A stretch of DNA of 64,000 bases from Limnothrix sp. BL-A-16 (GCA_041937175.2 CP166615.1:128001-192000); one strand, 5' to 3'. Counted from the first letter of the stretch, positions 1 through 10,511 are shown. A program made the numbers and translations. Notes: generated from the letters alone by a model not told the origin.

Positions 1-4
1 GGCT

Positions 5-883
5 ATGAAAGCTGTCTTGAAACCCGATGGGATTATTCGTTCTAATCTCCACAGTCTTTATCAGCGATTTGATTATTTCAAGGCCCAAAGCTTGGCTCAC
101 CTGATTGGGTTAATGGATGACAATCCGGGTGAGCTGGAAATGGGAATTTTGACCGAATTGATGGAGTCTTTGAAAGATACAACACTCCTGAAAATGCGGG
201 TTTGGGATTCTGAAAAAATGCAAAATGAGCAGCGGGTGATGATGAACCTGCTGTTCCAGCGCGATCGGGGATTCACCATCCCTCAGCTTTTTGACTATAT
301 CGATCGCTCCGGTCTGGAATTCATCAGCATGACCGATTGGCAGTCCTGGGAAGTGACGGATCTGTTCAAAGACCCAGAAAACATGCCCATTTCGATCGCC
401 TTTGGCTTGTCGGAAGCGCCGATTTCCGATCAACTCCACTTTTTTGATTTGATTCGATCGAACCATCGACTTTTAGATTTCTGGTGTGGTCATCCCGACG
501 CGGCACAACCCTGGACAGCCCTCAGCGACTGGGAACCAGAAGATTGGCATCAGTCCCGAGCAGCGCTTCACCCGCAATTGGATACACCAGAATTTGCCGC
601 AGATCTCAAAAATGTGGTCTTACAGGGCACTGATTTAAAGTTGGATCAGCACTTATCCCTGAAATGGGGCTGGGAATCGGTCAGCAGCGCGATCGCCCTT
701 GGGTTGCTGCCCCTGTTGGAAGGGATGAAAACCTTTACGGAACTCGCAGATTCGCTGCAACAATTGCGCCCTGTGGATCCAGTAACTTTGGAGCCGATCG
801 CACGCTCAGAAGTGGAAGCAGCCTTGCGTTATTTGCTCTCAGAGTTGGGTCAAGCGGGTTATCTGTTGGTTGAACTCGCTTGA
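5..883 (+). CDS. Class I SAM-dependent methyltransferase, C-terminal part (gene begins upstream of window)
   Basis: Frame is open to the window edge. It aligns with the C-terminal two-thirds of the next ORF (VLKPDGIIRSNLHS vs VLKPTGILRVNLHS; DRGFTIPQLFD vs DRGFSVPEVFD; HRLLDFWC vs NRLIDVFC). Confidence 0.8.
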   Translation: MKAVLKPDGIIRSNLHSLYQRFDYFKAQSLAHLIGLMDDNPGELEMGILTELMESLKDTTLLKMRVWDSEKMQNEQRVMMNLLFQRDRGFTIPQLFDYIDRSGLEFISMTDWQSWEVTDLFKDPENMPISIAFGLSEAPISDQLHFFDLIRSNHRLLDFWCGHPDAAQPWTALSDWEPEDWHQSRAALHPQLDTPEFAADLKNVVLQGTDLKLDQHLSLKWGWESVSSAIALGLLPLLEGMKTFTELADSLQQLRPVDPVTLEPIARSEVEAALRYLLSELGQAGYLLVELA

Positions 884-899
884 GTTGAACTGAGCTAAA

Positions 900-945
900 A
901 ACTTGAGTTAGCAACTTGAGTTAGTAACTTGAGTTAGTAACTTGA
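900..945. repeat. 13-bp tandem repeat AACTTGAGTTAGY, about 3.5 copies
   Basis: Directly visible in the intergenic region. Confidence 0.85.
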
Positions 946-1095
946 ATTGCTGAATTGAGTTGGTGAAGTGAATTTACCTGGCAGACATTCAGCAAAAATT
1001 CCCCAGAACTCAGATTGAGTGCAGCCGAATTAAGTCGAATCAAACTAAATCGACTTGATTGATTTTGAAGCCCTGATTGGAAGCCCTAATTTGCC

Positions 1096-2442
1096 ATGAA
1101 TTTTGAATCTTCCGCTGAACGAGAAGCTTGGATTCAGCGACAGTTTGATCAAACGCCCTACCCTCGCGAACCGATCGAAACGGCTCCCGATAGTCAGCCC
1201 GATGAATTTCACGCCCATTCATTGGCCACCGCATTCTATGCCCGCGATCACCGATGCGTGAACTCCGACGGAATGCAGATTCTGGATGTGGGCTGCGGCA
1301 GCGGCTTCAAGGGTTTGATGTTGGCTCATCTGAACCCGGGAACAACCATCACCGGCATTGATCTTTCTCCGGCTTCGATCGATGTGGCGATCGAGCGGTT
1401 TCGGCGGTTTGATTTGCTCGATCGGGCCAAATTTTTAACCCTCAATATTGATCAGCTTCCTAGCCTTGATCAGCAATTTGACTACATCAATTGTGATGAG
1501 GTGTTGTACCTGCTGGAAGACCCCCTCGCCAGCCTGCAGTTAATGGCCAGCGTGCTGAAACCGACGGGTATTTTGCGAGTGAATCTGCATAGCTTCAACA
1601 CTCGAATTCCCGTGCTTTGTGCCCAGGAATTTTTGCGCGATGTGGGAGCGATTACCCCCGATCGGGATGAAAAAACCACCATGGCCCTGGTGGAATCCAT
1701 TGTTTTGTCCCTGAATCCGCGCAATGTGGATGTGCGGAAAATGTGGGATCGCAATGACACCGATAATCCTGATGTTCGCGAGCGAATCTTGGCCTTTAAT
1801 TTCATGCTCCACGGCGATCGGGGATTTTCGGTGCCGGAGGTGTTTGACCTAATTGAGGGTGCGAATTTGCAGCTTATTGCCCCGGTGGAACCCCAGGATT
1901 GGGCGGTGAAAACCATGCTGGATCTGGAGCAATTTCCCGAGGAACTGCGATCGCGGCTTGAGCAAATCAGTTGGCGTGAACAAATGTATTGGCACGATCT
2001 GTTGGTCAGCCGCAACCGGTTGATCGATGTATTCTGTACGCCAAAACCCATGGCAGAACCGCCGAAGTCGCCCACGGTTGAACAGTTGGCCCAGCAGCCC
2101 GATCGCACCCAAGCGGTGCTGCACCCCCTGCTGAATAATCCAGACTTTGAAGCGGCCCTCGTGGAATCCTGCCGCTACCTCAAGCCCCTGAACTTCGCGA
2201 AATTTTTGCGGCGGCCGGAAGGCATCGCGGCGGCCAGTGCCAGCCTAGTGCCCGTCTTGGTTCCGCTGTTGACGGGCCCCCAACCGATTACCCAATTGAT
2301 CGATCGGTTCATGCGAGTGCGCCCCCTGAACCCAGTCGATCGCTCACCGGCCGATCGCGCCAGTGCCACCCAAGCGGTCTGCACCTTCTTACGAGACCTC
2401 GAAACCTTCGGCTACATCTTCCTAGAGGCCATTGAGGCCTAG
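1096..2442 (+). CDS. Class I SAM-dependent methyltransferase with long C-terminal extension
   Basis: Motif I ILDVGCGSG, GIDLS and FDYINCDEVLYLL; 448-aa ORF. Confidence 0.85.
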   Translation: MNFESSAEREAWIQRQFDQTPYPREPIETAPDSQPDEFHAHSLATAFYARDHRCVNSDGMQILDVGCGSGFKGLMLAHLNPGTTITGIDLSPASIDVAIERFRRFDLLDRAKFLTLNIDQLPSLDQQFDYINCDEVLYLLEDPLASLQLMASVLKPTGILRVNLHSFNTRIPVLCAQEFLRDVGAITPDRDEKTTMALVESIVLSLNPRNVDVRKMWDRNDTDNPDVRERILAFNFMLHGDRGFSVPEVFDLIEGANLQLIAPVEPQDWAVKTMLDLEQFPEELRSRLEQISWREQMYWHDLLVSRNRLIDVFCTPKPMAEPPKSPTVEQLAQQPDRTQAVLHPLLNNPDFEAALVESCRYLKPLNFAKFLRRPEGIAAASASLVPVLVPLLTGPQPITQLIDRFMRVRPLNPVDRSPADRASATQAVCTFLRDLETFGYIFLEAIEA

Positions 2443-2540
2443 AGCCTGTCGTCAAATCGCCTGAAACCCTGATCCCACCGTCAACGGAGCGTGGAAGACA
2501 AGGGGCTTCAGCCCCTTGCCACTGAACGATTTGGCAACGG
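2442..2540 (+). mobile_element. MITE-like element, end-type B (short or partial copy)
   Basis: Begins TA|GAGCCTGTCGTCAAATCGCCTGAAACCCTG, overlapping the TAG stop of the methyltransferase. Core hairpin at 2499-2518. Near-identical to the units at 38125 and 38193. Right end uncertain. Confidence 0.7.
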
Positions 2541-2571
2541 TAGCAATCATTTGAACGGTAGCAATCATTTG
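2536..2571. repeat. Perfect 18-bp tandem duplication AACGGTAGCAATCATTTG x2
   Basis: Directly visible. Confidence 0.85.
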
Positions 2572-2844
2572 AGCTGACCTACCGAAATAAGCTTGCCGCA
2601 GTACTGGAGTTGACCTAGAGTTCAGCATCTCCCAAAAGGCATTCCTTGGGCATCCCGAAAAATGGTGCTGATCAGGTGCTACGCCCGCCCGTCAAGATTG
2701 CGAGAATCCTGATCCTGATCCAAAAGCCACCCCAAAAATCCTGGGGGTTGACTCTCGAACATGCTTGCTTGGTCAGGGTTTTCAGGCTTTTTCCCTTGAC
2801 CCCAAAAAAATTCTGCTGCGGTTGATATGAATCCCCAGTAACCT

Positions 2845-2851
2845 GGGTAAG
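2845..2851 (+). promoter_or_regulatory. Putative SigF-type promoter element GGGTAAG upstream of pilin
   Basis: GGGTAAG lies about 75 nt before the pilin ATG and matches the element described for the SigF-dependent Synechocystis pilA1 promoter. Confidence 0.45.
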
Positions 2852-2924
2852 TTGCAAGCATGAGGGGAACAAAATCCCCACCTTCCCAACCTTCCTCCCC
2901 CGACTCTCGAGGAGACTATCCCAG

Positions 2925-3413
2925 ATGAAAGCTGAATTCAAAGCCAAGCTGATCCAACACCTCGCCCAGCGCCGCAACAGCGAAGAAGGCTTCACCCTGA
3001 TTGAACTGCTGGTTGTAATCATCATCATCGGTATTCTGGCAGCAATTGCTCTGCCTTCCTTCCTCAACCAAGCCGCTAAGGCTCGTCAGTCGGAAGGTAG
3101 CACCTATGTTGGTTCGCTCAACCGTGCTCAACAGGCTTACTACGTGGAGCAAGGCAAGTTCGCGGCTGACCTGAAGACCCTGAACGCTGGTATCAAGGAA
3201 AAAACCGATAACTTCGAGTACAAGACCGTTGGTACTGACACGGAAGCAACCAGCACCGCTGATAAGCTGCAAGCTTCTCTGAAGAGCTTCAAGGGCGTGG
3301 TGAAGTTGGAAGACCAACAAGCCAAGGCTATCTTGTGCATCACGGCTAAGGAAAATGAAGCTGCTAGCGCCGCTACCAAGTTGGCTAGCGACTCTACCAA
3401 GGATTGCAACTAA
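2925..3413 (+). CDS. pilA: Type IV pilin (major pilin-like)
   Basis: Prepilin cleavage/methylation motif G|FTLIELLVVIIIIGILAAIALP, C-terminal Cys pair, strongly biased codon usage, GGAGA RBS. Confidence 0.9.
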   Translation: MKAEFKAKLIQHLAQRRNSEEGFTLIELLVVIIIIGILAAIALPSFLNQAAKARQSEGSTYVGSLNRAQQAYYVEQGKFAADLKTLNAGIKEKTDNFEYKTVGTDTEATSTADKLQASLKSFKGVVKLEDQQAKAILCITAKENEAASAATKLASDSTKDCN

Positions 3414-3453
3414 TCAAGGCTAGCGCAGTCCATTGCGAAGATGGATAGCCTTG

Positions 3454-3491
3454 GGTGGAGCCAGTGTTGTCGCTGGCTCCACCTTGTTTTT
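3454..3491 (+). terminator. Rho-independent terminator after pilin
   Basis: GGTGGAGCCAG...CTGGCTCCACC stem followed by TTGTTTTTT. Confidence 0.8.
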
Positions 3492-3528
3492 GGGGGTTAA
3501 TCAACAGAATTTTCCGTAACCTGGTCGC

Positions 3529-5019
3529 TTAGCGATCGGCTGGGATGAGGACAAGACATTGTTGAACGCTGGGGTCAGCACAGCCGGTGCAGTCGCCGCC
3601 GAGGGCCAGGGTTTGCTGAATTTGGCTGATCGCCTCGGAAGTGATGATTTCCCCAGGCACAATCACAGGAATTCCCGGTGGATAGGGACAGATCCACTCA
3701 GCGGCAATGCGCCCGATCGCCCGGTTAAGGTCGATCGGCTCGGTGGGAAGCTGGCTGGCCTGGCGCGGAGTCAGCGGGGCCGGACTGGGGGGCGCAAGCA
3801 ATCCGGCGACCGCATCCAGCCCCCGATCGAGAGCCATTTGGGGCGATCGCGCCAGGGCCGCCAAAGCCGCCACCAATCGATCGGCTTCCTGGTCGGTGTT
3901 GGCCGGTGTCCAAACAAAGGTTAAGTGTTGGGGGCTGCTGAGTTCGGCGGTGATGCCCCAATCTTGGTCTAACGCTTCATCGGCCTGGTAACCATTCCAG
4001 CCAGCCAAGTGAACGGTCAAGCGCGATCGATCCAGATTGGGCCCCGAAAGCACCCGAATCGCTCGATCGCCCGCCAACTGCGATCGCACCCGATCAACCC
4101 GCACCAGCGTTTCGCCCCAATCAACTTGACCCCGCAGCGCCGCCCGTCGCCGGGCCGCATCCAAGCTGGCCATCAGCAAGTAGCTGGGGCTGCTGGAGGT
4201 GACCCATCGCAGCACTTGATTCAACTGATCGCGATCGATCAAAGCCTGGGGGTGTAGATGAAGCAGCGCCGATTGGGTTAAGGAACCAAGGGTTTTGTGA
4301 GCCGAAGCCACCACCAGATCCGCGCCGGCCGCCAAGGGAGCGATCGGGAGTTCCGGATGCAACCCAAAGTGGGCCCCGTGGGCCGCATCAATCATTAAGG
4401 GAATGCCGTGCGATCGCGTTAGTTGGGCGATCGCGGGCAAATCCGAAACCCAACCGTGATAGGTCGGTGACACCAGCAGCACCGCCTTCGCTTGGGGATA
4501 GGTCGCCAGGGCTTGGGCGATCGCCTCGGGAGTCACCACCGTGGGCATTTGCCATTCCCGATCGACCGCTGGCCAAACCCAGCAGGGCCGTGCCCCCGCA
4601 AGAATCAAACCGGCCAAAACCGATTGATGGGCATTGCGAGCCACAATCAGCGAGTCGCCATCCTGGCAAACGGCCCCGATCGCCGCCACCAGTCCGCTCG
4701 TGGCCCCATTCACCAAAAATCGAGTGAGGCCCGCCCCAAAGCAATCGGCCGCCAACGCTTCGGCCGCCGCGATCGCGCCCTGGGGAGCCGCCCAATTATC
4801 CAATCCCTCCAGTTCTGTCAAATCCCAGGCCCAGCAATCGCCCCAAGCATCCGCCAACAGCGGGTCGATCGCCTGGCCCTTATGACCCGGCACATGAAAC
4901 CGCCCCGATCGGCGGCCCGCGCGATCGGCCAGCGCCTCGATCAGAGGTGCGGCTTGCTGACACTCAGCGTAATGACCCGTGATTACATTCGAGATCGCAA
5001 ACTGTCCCCCCAATTCCAT
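3529..5019 (-). CDS. PLP-dependent Orn/Lys/Arg decarboxylase family protein
   Basis: FHVPGHK, DLTELEGLD, NGATSG, RNAHQS, DAAHGAH, SAHKTLGSLTQ (PLP lysine), SSSPSYLLMASLD, YPPGIP. Confidence 0.88.
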   Translation of the reverse strand: MELGGQFAISNVITGHYAECQQAAPLIEALADRAGRRSGRFHVPGHKGQAIDPLLADAWGDCWAWDLTELEGLDNWAAPQGAIAAAEALAADCFGAGLTRFLVNGATSGLVAAIGAVCQDGDSLIVARNAHQSVLAGLILAGARPCWVWPAVDREWQMPTVVTPEAIAQALATYPQAKAVLLVSPTYHGWVSDLPAIAQLTRSHGIPLMIDAAHGAHFGLHPELPIAPLAAGADLVVASAHKTLGSLTQSALLHLHPQALIDRDQLNQVLRWVTSSSPSYLLMASLDAARRRAALRGQVDWGETLVRVDRVRSQLAGDRAIRVLSGPNLDRSRLTVHLAGWNGYQADEALDQDWGITAELSSPQHLTFVWTPANTDQEADRLVAALAALARSPQMALDRGLDAVAGLLAPPSPAPLTPRQASQLPTEPIDLNRAIGRIAAEWICPYPPGIPVIVPGEIITSEAISQIQQTLALGGDCTGCADPSVQQCLVLIPADR

Positions 5020-5087
5020 TCATCCTCATCCTGTATTTCACAATCAATTCATTCAAGCCATTCCTTCAACCCCAAACACCCTCTACC

Positions 5088-5339
5088 ATGCGCCACACCA
5101 CCGCCTGGATCGTCCAAGTTTGGCTATCGTTTCTGTTTTCAACCGGTGGTACAGCCCTCTGCATCTATTACCTTCCGGTCGATGCCTGGATGAAATTTGC
5201 CATGTCCATGGGCTTGGGCTTCACCATCAGCTCAACCCTAACGCTGGCCAAAACCACCCGCGACCAATACGAAGTTAAACAATTGGTGGCTAAGGTCGAA
5301 GAAGCCAAGGTTGAAAAACTGCTGGCCCAACATCACTAA
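5088..5339 (+). CDS. YiaA/YiaB-family small inner-membrane protein
   Basis: Two hydrophobic helices; HTTAW...LAKTTRD pattern. Confidence 0.7.
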   Translation: MRHTTAWIVQVWLSFLFSTGGTALCIYYLPVDAWMKFAMSMGLGFTISSTLTLAKTTRDQYEVKQLVAKVEEAKVEKLLAQHH

Positions 5340-5406
5340 CAAAAGGGGACTGAGAAATCTCTTGAGGTGCTCGCAAATCACCAATCACCCTGGGGTAAGG
5401 GGCTGA

Positions 5407-5560
5407 GGGCTAGTTGTCAAGCCGCCTAAACCCCTGATTCCACCGTGACAAGATCGTGGGGGACAAGGGGCCGAAACCCTTGAGCTAGAGCAGTTAGGAC
5501 ATCGTGGGGGCAAGGGGCTTAAGCCCCTTGTCTAGGGCAGTTAGGACACGAAAACCTGAC
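5407..5560 (+). mobile_element. MITE-like element, end-type B, degenerate, with internal duplication of about 48 bp covering the hairpin
   Basis: GGGCTAGTTGTCAA end; two hairpin copies (degenerate at 5464-5482, intact at 5511-5530), each followed by CTAG(A/G)GCAGTTAGGAC. Confidence 0.65.
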
Positions 5561-5761
5561 TCGCCGCCCCTGCGCCCAACTAGCGCCGCGATCGCCCAAC
5601 CGCGCGGGGACTGCCAAAGTCCGGTACTATGTTGAACTGGATTTCCCAAAAAATTAGCCGCGCAACCGGTGGGATGGCGCAATCGATCGCCGCCACCCTT
5701 GCCCAGCCAATCCGAACCCTCTGAATTGACCGACTCAGCCCGCAACCCCAGCACCAGCGAA

Positions 5762-6796
5762 ATGGTACAAGAACGCGTACTTCCCGCAACCCCGACCACC
5801 CGCGCCACCGTCACCCGCGAAGAAGGGCTTATGCTCTACGAAGACATGGTGCTGGGTCGCCTTTTTGAAGACAAGTGCGCCGAGATGTACTATCGCGGCA
5901 AAATGTTTGGCTTCGTTCACCTCTACAACGGCCAAGAAGCCGTTTCGACGGGGGTGATTCGGGCTTTGCGCCGCGATGCCAATGATTATGTGGCTAGTAC
6001 CTATCGTGATCACGTTCATGCCCTGAGTGCTGGTGTGCCCGCCCGGGAAGTGATGTCAGAGCTGTTTGGTAAGGTGACGGGTTGCAGCAAGGGCCGTGGC
6101 GGTTCCATGCACTTGTTCTCGGAGCCGCATCGACTGCTGGGGGGCTATGCCTTTGTGTCGGAAGGAATTCCGGTGGCGACGGGGGTGGCCTTCCAAAGCA
6201 AGTATCGACGCGAAGCCATGAATGACCCCAGCTCCGACGGGGTGACCGTTTGCTTCTTTGGGGATGGAGCCGCGAACAATGGCCAGTTCTTTGAATGCTT
6301 GAACATGGCGGCCCTTTGGAAGCTGCCGGTGATCTATGTCATTGAGAACAATAAGTGGGCGATCGGGATGGCCCACGAGCGTGCCACCTCCGTGCCCGAA
6401 ATCTACAAAAAAGGCCCCGCGTTCGGGATGCCCGGCGTAGAAGTGGACGGGATGGATGTGTTGGCGGTGCGTGGCGTGGCCCAAGAGGCGATCGCCCGGG
6501 CCCGCGCTGGCGAAGGCCCCACGGTCATTGAAGCCCTGACCTATCGTTTCCGGGGTCACTCCTTGGCCGATCCGGATGAACTGCGGGCAAAGGAAGAAAA
6601 GGAAGTTTGGAGTAAGCGCGATCCGATCACTCGCCTGGCCGATCACCTGCTGGGTGAAGGATTGGTGAAGGCGGAAGAACTGAAGGAGATCGATCGCCGA
6701 ATCCAAGAGCATGTGAACGACGCGGTGAAATTTGCCCTCGACAGCCCTGAACCGGATCCCAAGGATCTGTACAAGTACATTTTTGCGGAAGATTAG
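5762..6796 (+). CDS. pdhA: Pyruvate dehydrogenase E1 alpha subunit
   Basis: [26 protein letters not shown] motif GDGA...[13 protein letters not shown]. Confidence 0.97.
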   Translation: MVQERVLPATPTTRATVTREEGLMLYEDMVLGRLFEDKCAEMYYRGKMFGFVHLYNGQEAVSTGVIRALRRDANDYVASTYRDHVHALSAGVPAREVMSELFGKVTGCSKGRGGSMHLFSEPHRLLGGYAFVSEGIPVATGVAFQSKYRREAMNDPSSDGVTVCFFGDGAANNGQFFECLNMAALWKLPVIYVIENNKWAIGMAHERATSVPEIYKKGPAFGMPGVEVDGMDVLAVRGVAQEAIARARAGEGPTVIEALTYRFRGHSLADPDELRAKEEKEVWSKRDPITRLADHLLGEGLVKAEELKEIDRRIQEHVNDAVKFALDSPEPDPKDLYKYIFAED

Positions 6797-6942
6797 GGCC
6801 TGTCGTCATTTCCTGGGGGCAAGCGAAAACGGTTGATCTGTCATACCCTAACCACCCTAGACAAGGGGCTTAAGCCCCTTGCCCCCCACGATCCGCCAAC
6901 AGTGAGTGGAATCAGGGTTTCCAGCGATTTGACAACAAGCCC
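6796..6942 (-). mobile_element. MITE-like element, end-type B, complete copy (147 bp)
   Basis: Terminal inverted repeats GGGCCTGTCGTCA / TGACAACAAGCCC, TA on both flanks, hairpin at 6862-6881; overlaps the pdhA TAG. Confidence 0.8.
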
Positions 6943-7306
6943 TAGGTCAGCCAACGCCCGAAAAAACCGTAGGGTCAAGCTAATCGAAAGCTAAGGCGAT
7001 CGTCCGTCAGAAACCGCCAAACTCCGCATAAACTGGGGCGAAGGGTCATCCTTCCTGCCCCAGTTTTTGATCGGACAAATCGGACAAACAGATCGCACAG
7101 ACTTTCCGATCGAGCGATTGGCGCGAATGATTGAGCGAACCCATCGATCAGATACTGGCAACAGCAATGGTTGAAGCAGGTCGAAATGATCAAAACGGAA
7201 ATGATCAAAACAAAGGACTGCCGTATCGGGTCATTGTTGATCGGGTCATTGTTTTGACGGATTGGCTGTGGGGTGACCTGTTGATCCAGCCATCGCGGTT
7301 TTGCCC

Positions 7307-8836
7307 ATGAGTCGTCGCTCCCAAGATGCCCCATTACTGATTACGGCCCTGTTCATGTCCTTGGCCCTGTTGGGTGGGGGCTATTGGTTGGTGCGATCGA
7401 ACGGGCTTTTGGGCAGCGAGAGTCCAACCCCATCGACCACCCATAATCCCCAAGGGGGGCCGGCCCCGTCCTTGAGCAGTGGCGAGCAGGTTTTGTTGGC
7501 AGATTCGCCCGATAAGTTGGCGGCGGCAGCGGCGGGGCAAGCTGGAGATCCAACCCAGGCGATCGCCCTGTTGCGCAAAAGTTTGCAGCAGCGGCCCAAC
7601 GATCCGGAAGCCCTGATTTATTTGAATAATTGGCTGGCGCGGGAGGCTCCGCAGCGGACGATCGCCGTGGTTGTACCGGCGGCTAATTTGCCCGATGTGG
7701 CCAAGGAGTTGCTGCGGGGAGTGGCGCAGGCCCAAGCCCAGTGGAATCAGGGCGATCGGGAGCGATCCGGCCCGAAGCCTGCCTGGCGATTGCGAGTGGT
7801 GATTGCGGATGACAGCAACAACCCGGTCACCGCCAAAGCCGTGGCCGAAACCCTCGCGGCAGATCCTCGGGTGTTGGGGGTGGTGGGCCATTTCAGCTCC
7901 ACCACTTCGCTGGCGGCGGCTGGGGTTTATCAACGGGCTGGGCTGCCGATGATTTCCCCTTCCAGCACGGCGGTGACCCTTAGTGGGTTGGGGGATGCGG
8001 TGTTGCGAACGGTTCCGAGCGATCGACAGGCGGGACAAGCCCTAGCGATGGTGGCCCGTCAGCAGTTGAAACTGGCGCGTGTCTCGGTATTTTACAACCC
8101 CAAAAGCGCCTATAGCCAATCCCTGAAAACGGAATTTGTGCAACAGTTCATGGCCGACGGCCAGGGCCAGGTGCAGTTGCAGGAAATGGGTTCCGATCCG
8201 ATCGATGCGCAACGGGCGATCGGTCAGGCCCAATCGTTCAAAACGGAGGGCTTGGTGCTGTTTGGGGAACGCCAAAGCCAGGGTAGTGAGGGGTTAGTGC
8301 TCTTGGGCGATCGCTCAACGCTGCCCTCAGCTCTGGCCATCGTGGAAGCCAATCAAGGGCGGCTGCCGGTGTTGGGGGGCGATTCCATTTATTCACTGGA
8401 TTTGCTGAAGTTGGGAGCCAGTGCCCAGGGCACTATTCTGGCGATTCCCTGGCATTCGGATTTGCCCCAATCGCTGGATTTTGCCAAGGCCATGCGTCGT
8501 CGTTGGGGTGGGGATGTGAATTGGCGAACGGCGATGGCCTACGATGCGGCCCAGGCTTTAATTCAAGCGATTGATCAGGAAATTACTCAAAAGCCAGATC
8601 AAAAACCAAATCAAAAACCGGTTTCCAGCAGCAATCTGAACGAGGCCCAAGACCCCACGCGATCGGCTGTAAAGGCTGCGTTGCATCGGGCCGACTTCCA
8701 AGCGGCGGGGGCTTCCGCTGCCGTGCGCTTTGCCACCACGGGCGATCGCTCATTACCCCTCGTGCTAATTACGGTACGGGAGGGCAATCGATCGGGCACG
8801 GGGTTTGATTTCCGGTTGTTGAATCCTGGCCCCTAA
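7307..8836 (+). CDS. Membrane-anchored LivJ/LivK-like (type 1 periplasmic) ligand-binding protein, orphan
   Basis: N-terminal TM, PNDPEALIYLNN, VVIADD, LGVVGHFSS, ISPSST, RTVPSD, AMAYDAAQAL. Confidence 0.8.
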   Translation: MSRRSQDAPLLITALFMSLALLGGGYWLVRSNGLLGSESPTPSTTHNPQGGPAPSLSSGEQVLLADSPDKLAAAAAGQAGDPTQAIALLRKSLQQRPNDPEALIYLNNWLAREAPQRTIAVVVPAANLPDVAKELLRGVAQAQAQWNQGDRERSGPKPAWRLRVVIADDSNNPVTAKAVAETLAADPRVLGVVGHFSSTTSLAAAGVYQRAGLPMISPSSTAVTLSGLGDAVLRTVPSDRQAGQALAMVARQQLKLARVSVFYNPKSAYSQSLKTEFVQQFMADGQGQVQLQEMGSDPIDAQRAIGQAQSFKTEGLVLFGERQSQGSEGLVLLGDRSTLPSALAIVEANQGRLPVLGGDSIYSLDLLKLGASAQGTILAIPWHSDLPQSLDFAKAMRRRWGGDVNWRTAMAYDAAQALIQAIDQEITQKPDQKPNQKPVSSSNLNEAQDPTRSAVKAALHRADFQAAGASAAVRFATTGDRSLPLVLITVREGNRSGTGFDFRLLNPGP

Positions 8837-8847
8837 ATTGCCCACTT

Positions 8848-9768
8848 CTAGGGATCGGTTCCATCAGTCGATTCGGAATTGATCGCATGGGAATCGATCG
8901 GGCTATGGCCCACGGCCTTGGCCCGCCAGCCTTGGAACAAAACCCCCTGACGCGGGCTAAACAACAGCGACAACACAAAGAACCCGGAAGCCACCAGCAC
9001 GATCGCCGGCCCCGAAGGCAAATTGAAAAAATAACTGAGATACAGCCCCGCCACACTGGAGCAACAACCCAACAGGGCCCCCAGCCCCATCATTTGGTGC
9101 AGCCGAGGCACGAGCAAATAGGCCGTGGCCGGCGGCGTAATCAACAGGGCCAACACCAACACCACCCCCACCGCCTTCATGCTGGCCACAATCGTGATGG
9201 CGATCGCGGTGGTTAGGCCCCAATCGAGCCAACGGACAGGTAAGCCCGCCGCCTGGGCCCCGAGGCGATCGAACGTATAAAAGTGCAGTTCCTTATAGCA
9301 AAGGGCGATCGCCCCGAGCACTAGCGCCGCCGCCAATCCCGTATCCCACAGGTCGCCGCTGGTCACCGCCAAGAGATTGCCAAACAGGAAATGATTGAGA
9401 TCGATTTTGTTGTCTTTTTGGATCGTGGTGATCAACACAATCCCCAGGGCGAAAAAGGCCGAAAGGACAATGCCCATGGCCGCATCTTCCTTGAGGGGCG
9501 ATCGATTGCGGATAAAGTCAATGGCTGCCGCGCTCACCAACCCAGCCACCAGGGCCCCTAGGAACAAGCTGCCACCCATGGCAAAGGCGATCGCCAAACC
9601 CACCAACAGCGAATGGCTGATGGCATCGCCCAATAGGGCCATGCGCTGCACCAAAAGATAGCTACCCGTGCAGGCACAAAGCAAGCCCACCACCACCGCT
9701 GCCACCAACGATCGCTGAAAAAAGTTGTATTGCAGCGGTTCCGCCAGGGCTTGCAGCAGCCCGTCCAT
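8848..9768 (-). CDS. mntB: Mn/Zn ABC transporter permease
   Basis: QRMALLGDAISHS, KEDAAMGIV, HFLFGNLL, multiple TM segments. Confidence 0.88.
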   Translation of the reverse strand: MDGLLQALAEPLQYNFFQRSLVAAVVVGLLCACTGSYLLVQRMALLGDAISHSLLVGLAIAFAMGGSLFLGALVAGLVSAAAIDFIRNRSPLKEDAAMGIVLSAFFALGIVLITTIQKDNKIDLNHFLFGNLLAVTSGDLWDTGLAAALVLGAIALCYKELHFYTFDRLGAQAAGLPVRWLDWGLTTAIAITIVASMKAVGVVLVLALLITPPATAYLLVPRLHQMMGLGALLGCCSSVAGLYLSYFFNLPSGPAIVLVASGFFVLSLLFSPRQGVLFQGWRAKAVGHSPIDSHAINSESTDGTDP

Positions 9769-10511
9769 TAGGCAGCCTCCTGAAAAAATTTCACCCGGCT
9801 GCCATAGGCCCGTTGCAAATTCAGGTCATTCAACACCGCCGCCCGATCGCCTGCGGCCACCAGTTGGCGATTCAACAGCACCAAATCATCGAAATGGGTA
9901 ATCGACTCGCCCAAGTCATGATTCACCACCATCACCACCTTGCCGTCTTGGGCCAGTTCCCGAAACAGGTCAAACAAGATGGCCTCATTGCGCCGATCGA
10001 CCCCCACGAAGGGTTCATCAAAACAAAACACGTCCGCTTCTTGGGCGATCGAGCGGGCTAAAAACACCCGCTGCTGTTGCCCTCCCGATAGCTGAGCGAT
10101 CGGGCGATCGCGCAATTCCCACAGGCCCACCCGCTCCAGGGCCGCCCGAGCCGCTTGGCGGCTGGTGTTGGAAAAGGGCCGCAGCCAGCCCGTTTTGCGT
10201 GTTCGCCCCATCAACACCACATCCCAAACCGTGGCCGGGTAATCCAAATCCACCTGCGATCGTTGGGCCACATAGGCCACGCGATCGAGCTGTTGTTGCA
10301 AAGGGCGATCGCCATAGACCACCCGCCCCGCCGCGATCGGCACCAGACCCAGCATGGCCTTCATCAGGGTGCTTTTGCCCGCCCCATTGGGCCCCACCAC
10401 GCCCGTCAGCCGCCCGGGCTGGATGCGCAAACTCACATCCAGCAGCGCCTGCACACCGCGATAGGCAGCATTTAAGTGGTCAATTTCGATCGCATGAGTG
10501 CTCATCATCAT
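9768..10511 (-). CDS. mntA: Mn/Zn ABC transporter ATP-binding protein (start uncertain, 10505-10532)
   Basis: GPNGAGKST, LSGGQQQRVFLAR, FDEPFVGVD; its stop overlaps the mntB start. Confidence 0.88.
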   Translation of the reverse strand: MMMSTHAIEIDHLNAAYRGVQALLDVSLRIQPGRLTGVVGPNGAGKSTLMKAMLGLVPIAAGRVVYGDRPLQQQLDRVAYVAQRSQVDLDYPATVWDVVLMGRTRKTGWLRPFSNTSRQAARAALERVGLWELRDRPIAQLSGGQQQRVFLARSIAQEADVFCFDEPFVGVDRRNEAILFDLFRELAQDGKVVMVVNHDLGESITHFDDLVLLNRQLVAAGDRAAVLNDLNLQRAYGSRVKFFQEAA

